Below, piece after piece: positions 20,940 to 29,011 of a DNA stretch of 64,000 nt (its first letter is position 1; every line of letters begins with the position of its first letter). Origin of the DNA: Oscillospiraceae bacterium (GTDB taxonomy: Bacteria; Bacillota; Clostridia; Oscillospirales; Ruminococcaceae); assembly GCA_015067215.1 (NCBI GenBank), contig SVMW01000003.1, positions 6,682-70,681 of the forward strand, written 5' to 3'. The notes under the pieces were generated by a model that was given only the letters and a program-made list of their open reading frames with translations, made no database searches and was not told the DNA's origin. Position numbers and translations under genes: made by a program.

Positions 20940-22155
20940 AAGAAAACGTAAAAAGAATATGTTCTGGCCGGTATTGATAGGTGTATGCCTGTTGATATAC
21001 ATTATCATGCAATGGTATCTGATTAACCGCAATAAAATCGAAACTGTAAAAGCAACGGAAGGTTTTATCAACGACAGCATTATGTCGGTGGGGATAGTAT
21101 GCAGGGATGAAATAATTATGCAGGATGCTTCTGCGGGTTATTATTACTATGCAGTGGAAAATGGTGATAGGGTTTCAAGCGGTATGCTTGTTGGTGAAGT
21201 TTATCCTACATCTGAAGATATCAATTTGATTTATCAGTCGCAGGACATAGACAAACAGATTGCAAATCTTGAAGAAGCTGAAAATTTTATGTCATCGGTA
21301 AATGTTGATATTTCCATTACACGCCGTCAATTGAGTAACTGTATGGTTGAATTTTCACGCAATCTGTCCAGAGGAATTTACAGCAATTCTTACAATGATA
21401 TGTCAGACATAGCATTGCAGATAAACAAGATAAATGTTGCCATGAACCGTGAAGGTGATATGGAATCCACAAAACAGGCGCTTGTAGATCTGAACAACAG
21501 CGTGAAGAACCAGATATCACAGCCTGTTCAGACAATATACAGTTCAGTTTCAGGATATTTTACCAATACTACGGACGGATATGAAAATATTGCAAGCGTG
21601 GAAAACTTTGAAAACATATCTTATGCTGAAGGCGCTGATATACTGATGAATTCTATTGAACAGACGGACAGTAATGTGTACGGAAAAATCATAACCGACT
21701 ATAAATGGAATCTGTGCACTTATGTTACATCACTTCAGGCAGAAAAACTGTATGAAGGGCAGAAGATAAGGCTTTCAATAGATGTTGAGGAACAGACTTA
21801 CCAGTATGTAACGGTAGACAAAATTGTTCCTAAGGACAATGATATGGTGCTTGTGGTGCTGAAGGCATCGACAATCGGCAAAGATGCAGTGTCTGCTCGA
21901 ATCAGGGAGAGCGAAATTCTTTTTTCACAGTATAAAGGTATAAAAATACCAAAATCAGCAATCAGAATTGTTGATGGTGAAATGGGCGTATATGTAAAAT
22001 TCTCAAAACTGGTGCAGTTTAAAAAAATCAAGCCTGTATATCAGGATGAAAACTATATTATTTTGCCTATTGAAAATGATGCAGAAAACCAGGTGGAACT
22101 TTACGACGATATTATAGTTAAAGGAGTTAATCTTTACGATGGAAAATATTTGTAA
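20920..22155 (+). CDS. Membrane-anchored HlyD/MFP-like protein at the head of the ylmE-sepF-divIVA cluster
   Basis: Basic N-terminus plus one TM segment, lipoyl-hairpin-like segment, predicted coiled coil, beta-rich C-terminus. No partner transporter is adjacent. Start is uncertain (20920 or 20959). Confidence 0.5.
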   Translation: MDQQKTRRKRKKNMFWPVLIGVCLLIYIIMQWYLINRNKIETVKATEGFINDSIMSVGIVCRDEIIMQDASAGYYYYAVENGDRVSSGMLVGEVYPTSEDINLIYQSQDIDKQIANLEEAENFMSSVNVDISITRRQLSNCMVEFSRNLSRGIYSNSYNDMSDIALQINKINVAMNREGDMESTKQALVDLNNSVKNQISQPVQTIYSSVSGYFTNTTDGYENIASVENFENISYAEGADILMNSIEQTDSNVYGKIITDYKWNLCTYVTSLQAEKLYEGQKIRLSIDVEEQTYQYVTVDKIVPKDNDMVLVVLKASTIGKDAVSARIRESEILFSQYKGIKIPKSAIRIVDGEMGVYVKFSKLVQFKKIKPVYQDENYIILPIENDAENQVELYDDIIVKGVNLYDGKYL

Positions 22156-22846
22156 CATTAAAGAAAATGTTGAAATCATCAGATATGAAATCAACGAAAC
22201 ATGTGCAAAAGCAGGCAGAAACCCTGAAGATGTTTTGCTTATGGGCGTTTCCAAAACAAAAACAGCACAGGATGTTGAAGCTGCAATAAAAGCCGGCATT
22301 ACTCTTTTTGGAGAAAACAGAGTTCAGGAACTTGTACAGAAATCAGAAATGTTCCAGAAATATAATGTGCCTTGCCACATTATCGGCAGCCTGCAAACAA
22401 ACAAGGTTAAATATCTTCCACCTCTTACAGACTGTATTCAGAGTGTTGACAGCCTTAAACTTGCAAAGGAAATTGACAAACAGTATCTTAAAGCAGGAAA
22501 ATCAGCCAATATTCTTGTTGAAGTAAATATAGGCGAAGAGGAAAGCAAAGGAGGAATTCAGCTGGAAACAGCATATGAGTTCATCCATGAAATTTCAGAA
22601 CTGCAGGGGATTAAAGTTAAAGGCCTTATGTGTGTTCCACCAATCTGCGAGGGTGATCTTGTAAGAAAGTATTTTGCTCAAATGTATCAGTTATTTGTTG
22701 ACATACAGTCAAAAAATGTAGATAATGTTAATATGGATATTTTATCTATGGGCATGTCTGATGACTACAAGTATGCTATTATGGAAGGCAGTAATCTTGT
22801 AAGAGTCGGTTCAAAAATTTTCGGAAAAAGAAATTATAATATATAG
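22139..22846 (+). CDS. yggS: YggS/YlmE-family PLP-binding (PLP homeostasis) protein
   Basis: LMGVSKTK Lys motif, alanine-racemase N-terminal-like barrel, position upstream of sepF. Confidence 0.85.
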   Translation: MENICNIKENVEIIRYEINETCAKAGRNPEDVLLMGVSKTKTAQDVEAAIKAGITLFGENRVQELVQKSEMFQKYNVPCHIIGSLQTNKVKYLPPLTDCIQSVDSLKLAKEIDKQYLKAGKSANILVEVNIGEEESKGGIQLETAYEFIHEISELQGIKVKGLMCVPPICEGDLVRKYFAQMYQLFVDIQSKNVDNVNMDILSMGMSDDYKYAIMEGSNLVRVGSKIFGKRNYNI

Positions 22847-22855
22847 GAGGCTACA

Positions 22856-23320
22856 ATGGGAGTTTTTGATAAAATTAAAAACGCATTTGGCGTAGATGAC
22901 GAAGATTACGATGACGATTTTGAATATGAAGAAGAGGAAGAAGTGGTAGAAAATACCTTTAAACCTGACTTCTCTCAGAATAAAAAAGAAAAAAATGTTT
23001 CTTTCAGTACAGCTGCACCTGTTTCTTCAACTGCAGCAGCAGGTTCTCCTTTGCAGGTTGTGCTTGTTAAACCTGAAAAATTTGATGACGCAAGCGGCAT
23101 TGCAGACAGCCTTAATGCAAAGAAAACTGTTGTTCTGAACCTTGAAGCAACAAGCAAGGAAGTTTCCAGAAGACTTGTTGACTTTTTGTCAGGTGTTGCT
23201 TATGCAAACAATGGCCAGATTAAAAAAATTGCAAACTCAACATTTATCATTACACCATACAATGTTGATGTCTCCGGTATCGGTTTGCTTGAAGAAATTG
23301 ATACTACTTCTATCTATTAA
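22856..23320 (+). CDS. sepF: Cell division protein SepF
   Basis: Acidic N-terminus and conserved C-terminal SepF core (VVLVKPEKFDDASGIADSL..VVLNLE). RBS AGGAGG. Confidence 0.85.
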   Translation: MGVFDKIKNAFGVDDEDYDDDFEYEEEEEVVENTFKPDFSQNKKEKNVSFSTAAPVSSTAAAGSPLQVVLVKPEKFDDASGIADSLNAKKTVVLNLEATSKEVSRRLVDFLSGVAYANNGQIKKIANSTFIITPYNVDVSGIGLLEEIDTTSIY

Positions 23321-23322
23321 GT

Positions 23323-24090
23323 ATGCGAGGATATATTCCACCGCAAAACAGTGAGGAGAATGTTTTTGTAAAAAAAGCAATACATACTCTGGAACTGGCT
23401 GAAGGTTTGCAGAAACCGCAGTTTACACTGTTTATGGACCTGCGTCAGCAACAGCTTTTTGCGGCACAGGCAAACAAATATCCCGATATAAATGTTGATT
23501 ATCTCTGTGGATATGATGGTGATGGTGAACGCAGAATAGCTGCAGTATATCCTGAACATTTTGATGTGGATTACCTGACCTTGCCGATAGTTGTTCTTAA
23601 AACAGAACTTAATGATGACAAGGTGTCTCACAAGGATTTTCTTGGAGCTGCAATGGGATTGAAAATAAAAAGAGAATATATGGGCGATATTCTGATAAAA
23701 GACAAACAGGCATTTCTGGTTTGTCACAGAAACGTTGCTGATATTCTTATTGATGAACTGCACGGAGTAAAAAGAAGCTCTGTAAGTTTTGAATATTGGG
23801 AAGAACCATTACAGTTTACAAAGGAATACAGCGAATATAGAACGGCTACAGTTGCATCTTTAAGAGCAGACTCTGTTGTTGCGGCACTTATGAACAAAAG
23901 CCGCACCGAAGCAGTAAAGCAGATAAAGCAGGGAAATGTTAAGTTTAATCATATGGATGTCCTGCAGTCAGATTTTGAAGTTGTTGACGGAGATATTATC
24001 AGCGTGAAACATTTTGGGAAATATAAAGTTTTTTGCGACGGAAGCAAAAGCCGCAAAGACAGAATTTTTATTAACATTGCAAAATATTAA
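23323..24090 (+). CDS. ylmH: YlmH-like S4-domain RNA-binding protein
   Basis: C-terminal S4 domain (RADSVVAALMNKSRTEAVKQIKQGNVKFNH). Located between sepF and divIVA. Confidence 0.7.
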   Translation: MRGYIPPQNSEENVFVKKAIHTLELAEGLQKPQFTLFMDLRQQQLFAAQANKYPDINVDYLCGYDGDGERRIAAVYPEHFDVDYLTLPIVVLKTELNDDKVSHKDFLGAAMGLKIKREYMGDILIKDKQAFLVCHRNVADILIDELHGVKRSSVSFEYWEEPLQFTKEYSEYRTATVASLRADSVVAALMNKSRTEAVKQIKQGNVKFNHMDVLQSDFEVVDGDIISVKHFGKYKVFCDGSKSRKDRIFINIAKY

Positions 24091-24105
24091 ATTCGGAGGA
24101 ATTAT

Positions 24106-24756
24106 ATGTTCAACGCAAATGAAATCAGACAAATTACATTTGAAAAGGTTGTTCGTGGTTACAGACCGGAAGATGTAGAATCTTTTATGGAAAAAATTGC
24201 AGATGAGTTCGACACTCTTCTTGCAGAAAAACAGGAAATTGAAGGACAGCTGTATATTCTTGCTGAAAGAATAGAACAGTACAAATCAGAAGAAGAATCT
24301 ATCAAAGCTACTCTTATCAGCGCACAGAAACTTGGCGAAAGCATTATTGCCGAATCCAGACAGAAAGCTGAAGCTATTCTTAAAGATGCAAACATCAGAA
24401 AAAATGATATTCTTGCTTCTGCTCACGAAGAATTTGCAATGTATGAAGAAAACCTTGCAAGAATCAAAAAAGAAACAAGCGATTTCAAAATCAATGTTCT
24501 CAGCATGTACAAAGACCATATTGAATCTCTCAGCAGAGTTCCTGAAATTCCAAAAGAACCTGCAGCTGTTGTTGAAGAACCTGAACAGGTTGAAGAAGTA
24601 GCAGAAGAAGCTGTAGAAACAGTTGTGGAAACAGTGGAAGAACAGCCGGCTGTTGCAGAAGAAGTTGTTGCTGAAGAACAGACAATTGTTTTTGAAAGTG
24701 AAGTTCCTGCAGAAGAAAACAACAAATTCAACAACATTTCATCATTGTTTGATTAA
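24106..24756 (+). CDS. divIVA: DivIVA-family cell division/polarity protein
   Basis: N-terminal IRQITFEKVVRGYRPEDVESFM lipid-binding motif, coiled coil, acidic Glu/Val-rich tail. Confidence 0.85.
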   Translation: MFNANEIRQITFEKVVRGYRPEDVESFMEKIADEFDTLLAEKQEIEGQLYILAERIEQYKSEEESIKATLISAQKLGESIIAESRQKAEAILKDANIRKNDILASAHEEFAMYEENLARIKKETSDFKINVLSMYKDHIESLSRVPEIPKEPAAVVEEPEQVEEVAEEAVETVVETVEEQPAVAEEVVAEEQTIVFESEVPAEENNKFNNISSLFD

Positions 24757-24770
24757 TTAAATATATCAGA

Positions 24771-24804
24771 AGATTAGTGGCTTTTCGGAGACACTAATCT
24801 TTTG
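24771..24804 (+). terminator. Rho-independent terminator after divIVA
   Basis: 9-bp stem AGATTAGTG/CACTAATCT followed by TTTGT. Confidence 0.55.
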
Positions 24805-24824
24805 TACTGTACTAAGAGGTTTTA

Positions 24825-25301
24825 ATGATTAATATTCTGATAGCTGTGGTCTGCATATTGCTGGATCAGGGCTTTAAGTATCTTGCTGTACAGCATTTGA
24901 AAGGACAGGCGGCGGTTACTGTTATACCCGGGCTTATTGGTCTGCGTTATGCTGAAAACACAGGTGCTGCGTTCAGTATTTTAAGTGGAAAAGTAGATTT
25001 TCTTATTATAATTACTGCGGTTGCACTTGCTGTTGTTGCATTTTTTATTGTTGCAAAGAAATTTGATAAAAAAATTGAAGAATTTTGTTTTGTACTCATA
25101 TTCGCAGGCGGTGTAGGTAATCTCATTGACCGTATTGTTCATGGAAAAGTAGTAGACTACCTTGAATTTCTGTTCATTGAATTTCCGATTTTCAACTTTG
25201 CCGATATTCTTGTATGTTGTGGTGTAGGCCTTTATGCTGTTTATACTGTTGTGAGTGAATTTTCTTCAAAAAAGGGGAAAGCAGAGGGCACAGATGACTG
25301 A
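24825..25301 (+). CDS. lspA: Lipoprotein signal peptidase (signal peptidase II)
   Basis: 158 aa, 4 TM segments. Motifs NTGAAFS and FNFADI. Confidence 0.9.
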   Translation: MINILIAVVCILLDQGFKYLAVQHLKGQAAVTVIPGLIGLRYAENTGAAFSILSGKVDFLIIITAVALAVVAFFIVAKKFDKKIEEFCFVLIFAGGVGNLIDRIVHGKVVDYLEFLFIEFPIFNFADILVCCGVGLYAVYTVVSEFSSKKGKAEGTDD

Positions 25302-26211
25302 CAATGTAATTCTGCACGCTACAGAAGAATGGGAAAACACAAGAATTGATGTTTTTGTATCTAAAAATACTGATTTTTCCCGCAATTCTGTTCAGCTTCT
25401 GATTGAAGAAGATAAAATATCGGTAAATGACAAATCTGTTTCCAAAAGTTACAAAATGAAAAACGGAGATGTTTTGTCAATAATTATAGAAGCAGCAAAA
25501 GATGTTGGCATTATTGCGGAAGATATACCATTGGATATCTATTATGAAGACGATGATCTTCTGGTTGTAAATAAACCAAAAGGTATGGTGGTGCACCCGG
25601 CAAACGGCAATGAAAGTGGTACATTGGTAAATGCACTGATGCATCATTGCAAAGATTCCTTGTCCGGCATAAACGGAGAAATCAGACCGGGTATTGTGCA
25701 TCGCATCGACAAAGATACATCGGGGTTGCTTGTTGTTGCAAAAAATGACATTGCTCATGAACACCTTGCACATCAGTTCAAAGAACATTCCATCAACCGT
25801 ATATATTATGCAATTGTGTATGGCAATGTGAAAGAGGACTCAGGTGATGTGGAAGCACCGATAGGCCGACATAAAACTGACCGTAAAAAATTCTGTATAA
25901 CACAGACAAACTCAAAATATGCCTTTACACACTACGATGTGGTTGACAAGCTAAAAGGCTTTACACTTATAAAATGTAAGCTTAAAACCGGCAGAACACA
26001 TCAGATAAGGGTGCATATGCAAAGTATTGGGCATCCATTGGCGGGAGACCCTGTTTATGGTCCTAAAAACTGTATAACTGAACTTAAAGGACAGGCGTTG
26101 CATGCAGGTGTGCTTGGTTTTGTACATCCGAATACAGGTGAATACATTGAATTCTCATCACCATGGCCGGACGAATTTGAACGGTTTTTAAAAAAACAAA
26201 CAATAAAATAA
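25294..26211 (+). CDS. rluD: 23S rRNA pseudouridine synthase RluD-type
   Basis: S4 domain, HRIDKDTSGLLVVAKN catalytic loop, GRTHQIRVH. The internal ATG at 25294 (MTDNV) is preferred over the ORF-track start. Confidence 0.9.
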   Translation: MTDNVILHATEEWENTRIDVFVSKNTDFSRNSVQLLIEEDKISVNDKSVSKSYKMKNGDVLSIIIEAAKDVGIIAEDIPLDIYYEDDDLLVVNKPKGMVVHPANGNESGTLVNALMHHCKDSLSGINGEIRPGIVHRIDKDTSGLLVVAKNDIAHEHLAHQFKEHSINRIYYAIVYGNVKEDSGDVEAPIGRHKTDRKKFCITQTNSKYAFTHYDVVDKLKGFTLIKCKLKTGRTHQIRVHMQSIGHPLAGDPVYGPKNCITELKGQALHAGVLGFVHPNTGEYIEFSSPWPDEFERFLKKQTIK

Positions 26212-26229
26212 GGTGTTTTGATTTTTTAT

Positions 26230-27048
26230 ATGAATAAAATTGAAGATATTCTTGTGGTAAGCGATCTGGACAACACATTGCTTACCGCTGAAAACGGAAT
26301 TCCCGAATTCAATCTGCAGATGATAAAAAAGTTTCAGCAGCTTGGCGGCAATTTTACTGTTGCTACAGGCAGAAGCATCGAATCGGTTGCACATTATCTC
26401 GACCAGATGGAACTTTCGACACCTGCAATAACATATAACGGCGGAATTATATATGATTATAAAAGTAAAATCTTTCTTTTAAAAGAAACTTTACCTGAAA
26501 GTGCAAAGCAGGCACTGGAAATTATTAGACAGAATTTCCCCGATGTCGGCACTGAAATTATGTGTGATAACAACCGTCTTTATATGATAAGGGAAAATGC
26601 ATATACATTTAAACATGTGGAAGATGAAAATCTCAGCTACGTTTGTTCCGATGTATCAAGTGTTAAAAATAACTGGATAAAGGTTTTGTTTGCGGACCGC
26701 AACAGCAGATTGCTGGAACTGCAGGAATTTTGCAGGACATTGCCTTTTGATGACATTGAATTTGTAATGTCAAATACCATTTATTTTGAAATGTTACCAA
26801 AAGGAACAACAAAAGGAACAGCACTTGCAAAGCTTTGTGACATGCTTAATCTTGATATAAAAAACACTGTTGCGATAGGTGATTATTATAATGATATTGA
26901 GTTGCTGAGAAGTGCAGGTTTAAGTGTATGTGTAGATAACGCACCTCAGGATATTAAAAACATCTGTCATGCAGTTGTGCCCAAATGTACTGATGGCGGT
27001 GTTGGTCATTTACTGGCTCAGATTATAAAATCGTGTAATACACAATAA
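26230..27048 (+). CDS. Cof-type HAD-IIB family hydrolase (sugar phosphatase-like)
   Basis: DLDNTLL motif I, TGR motif II, GDYYNDIELL motif IV. Start is uncertain (26218 or 26230). Confidence 0.8.
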   Translation: MNKIEDILVVSDLDNTLLTAENGIPEFNLQMIKKFQQLGGNFTVATGRSIESVAHYLDQMELSTPAITYNGGIIYDYKSKIFLLKETLPESAKQALEIIRQNFPDVGTEIMCDNNRLYMIRENAYTFKHVEDENLSYVCSDVSSVKNNWIKVLFADRNSRLLELQEFCRTLPFDDIEFVMSNTIYFEMLPKGTTKGTALAKLCDMLNLDIKNTVAIGDYYNDIELLRSAGLSVCVDNAPQDIKNICHAVVPKCTDGGVGHLLAQIIKSCNTQ

Positions 27049-27060
27049 CAGGAGGATATA

Positions 27061-27897
27061 ATGGATAAAAAATTATTACAGGAAAAAGCACTGGAAGTAA
27101 GAAAAAGCATTGTAACTGCAGTTCATGGTGCAAAAAGCGGTCATCCTGGCGGCTCTTTGTCAATTGCAGACACATTGACTTATCTTTATTTCTACAAAAT
27201 GAATGTTGACCCTAAAAACCCAAAAATGGAAAACAGAGACAGATTTGTTCTTTCAAAAGGTCACACAGCACCAGCTCTTTATTCAGTTCTTGCAGAAAAA
27301 GGTTATTTTGACAAAGCAGAATTGCTTAAGCTCAGAAAAACAGGAGCATTGCTTCAGGGACATCCTGACATGAAACACATTCCTGGTGTAGATATGTCAA
27401 CAGGTTCTCTTGGTCAGGGTATTTCAACAGCTGTAGGTATGGCTCTTGGCGGAAAAATCTCCAACGCAGACTACACTGTGTACACAGTTCTTGGTGACGG
27501 TGAAATTCAGGAAGGTCAGGTTTGGGAAGCAGCTATGAGTGCAGCACATTATAAACTTGACAATCTTGTTGCAGTTGTTGACAACAACAACCTTCAGATT
27601 GACGGTGAAGTAAGCAAAGTTATGTCCGTATATCCTATCGTTGATAAATTTGAAAGCTTCGGATGGAATGTTGTAACCTGTGATGCACACGATTTTGACA
27701 GTATTCACGAAGCATTTGAAAAAACAAATGAAAAGAACGGCAAACCTTGGGTAATTGTTCAGAAATCCATCAAAGGTAAAGGCGTTTCATTTATGGAAAA
27801 CCTTGCTTCATGGCACGGTACAGCACCAAATGATGAACAGTATGCACAGGCAATGGCAGACCTGGAAGCTATCGGTAAAGAATTGGAGGCTAAATAA
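27061..27897 (+). CDS. Transketolase, N-terminal (TPP-binding) subunit
   Basis: GHPGGSLS, LSKGH, GDGEIQEG motifs. Split-gene form. Confidence 0.9.
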   Translation: MDKKLLQEKALEVRKSIVTAVHGAKSGHPGGSLSIADTLTYLYFYKMNVDPKNPKMENRDRFVLSKGHTAPALYSVLAEKGYFDKAELLKLRKTGALLQGHPDMKHIPGVDMSTGSLGQGISTAVGMALGGKISNADYTVYTVLGDGEIQEGQVWEAAMSAAHYKLDNLVAVVDNNNLQIDGEVSKVMSVYPIVDKFESFGWNVVTCDAHDFDSIHEAFEKTNEKNGKPWVIVQKSIKGKGVSFMENLASWHGTAPNDEQYAQAMADLEAIGKELEAK

Positions 27898-27899
27898 TT

Positions 27900-28838
27900 A
27901 TGGCAGATGTAAAAATGGTTGCAACAAGAGAAAGCTATGGCAATGCTCTTGCAGAACTTGGTAAAATTAACCCTGATGTTGTAGTTTTGGACGCTGACCT
28001 TGCAGGTGCTACAAAAACAGGAGTGTTTAAAAAAGTTTTTCCTGAAAGACATTTTGACTGTGGTATTGCTGAATGTAATATGATGGGTATAGCAGCAGGT
28101 CTTTCCACAACAGGTAAAATCCCATTTGCTTCTTCCTTTGCAATGTTCGCAGCAGGCAGAGCTTTTGAACAGATTAGAAACTCCATTGGGTACCCACATC
28201 TTAACGTTAAAATCTGTGCTACACATGCAGGTATTTCTGTAGGTGAAGACGGTGCATCTCATCAGTGTAACGAAGATATTGCTCTAATGCGTTCAATTCC
28301 TGGTATGGTTGTTATCAATCCATGTGACGATGTTGAAGCCAGAGCAGCAGTTTTTGCGGCAGCAGAACATGTTGGCCCTGTATATGTTCGTTTCGGCAGA
28401 CTTGCAGTGCCTGTAATCAATGACGAAAACTACAAATTTGAACTTGGCAAAGGTGTTACAATGCGTGAAGGCAAAGATGTAACAATTATTGCTACAGGTC
28501 TTATGGTTTCCCGTGCACTTGATGCAGCAAGTCAGCTTGCAGCAGAAGGCATTGATGCAAGAGTTATCAATATCCATACAATCAAACCTATCGATAAAGA
28601 TATTATTGTTAAAGCAGCAAAAGAAACCTCATTTATAGTTACAGCTGAAGAACACAGTGTAATCGGCGGTCTTTACAGTGCTGTTACAGAAGTTGTTGCA
28701 CAGGAAGCACCTTGCAAAGTTGTTCCTGTTGCTGTTATGGACACATTCGGAAAATCAGGTCCGGCAAAAGAACTTCTTGATGTATTTGGCCTCAATGCAG
28801 CAAATGTAGTTGCAAAAGTTAAAGAAAACATTAAATAA
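27900..28838 (+). CDS. Transketolase, C-terminal (pyrimidine-binding) subunit
   Basis: FDCGIAECNM and GASHQCNEDIA motifs. Follows the N-terminal subunit after 2 nt. Confidence 0.9.
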   Translation: MADVKMVATRESYGNALAELGKINPDVVVLDADLAGATKTGVFKKVFPERHFDCGIAECNMMGIAAGLSTTGKIPFASSFAMFAAGRAFEQIRNSIGYPHLNVKICATHAGISVGEDGASHQCNEDIALMRSIPGMVVINPCDDVEARAAVFAAAEHVGPVYVRFGRLAVPVINDENYKFELGKGVTMREGKDVTIIATGLMVSRALDAASQLAAEGIDARVINIHTIKPIDKDIIVKAAKETSFIVTAEEHSVIGGLYSAVTEVVAQEAPCKVVPVAVMDTFGKSGPAKELLDVFGLNAANVVAKVKENIK

Positions 28839-28845
28839 AAATAAT

Positions 28846-28882
28846 AAAGATAGTCCTGTTGTCAGACGGGACTATCTTTTTG
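28846..28882 (+). terminator. Rho-independent terminator
   Basis: Stem AGATAGTCC..GGACTATCT followed by a T-run. Confidence 0.7.
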
Positions 28883-29011
28883 TTTGTATATATTTATTTG
28901 TGAAAAATTGACTTATAATAGTAAAATTTTATATTAAATACTACAATATTGTTGTTAATTAGACAAAAATATAATATAATAATTTAAATATAAATTATTA
29001 TGGAGAATTTT

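Noticed and set aside
24540-24720. Repetitive GAAGAA/GTTGAA-rich DNA at the divIVA 3' end, and a similar stretch at the sepF 5' end (22895-22950).
   Set aside because: It encodes acidic low-complexity Glu/Val/Ala tails in frame. It is not an independent repeat element.
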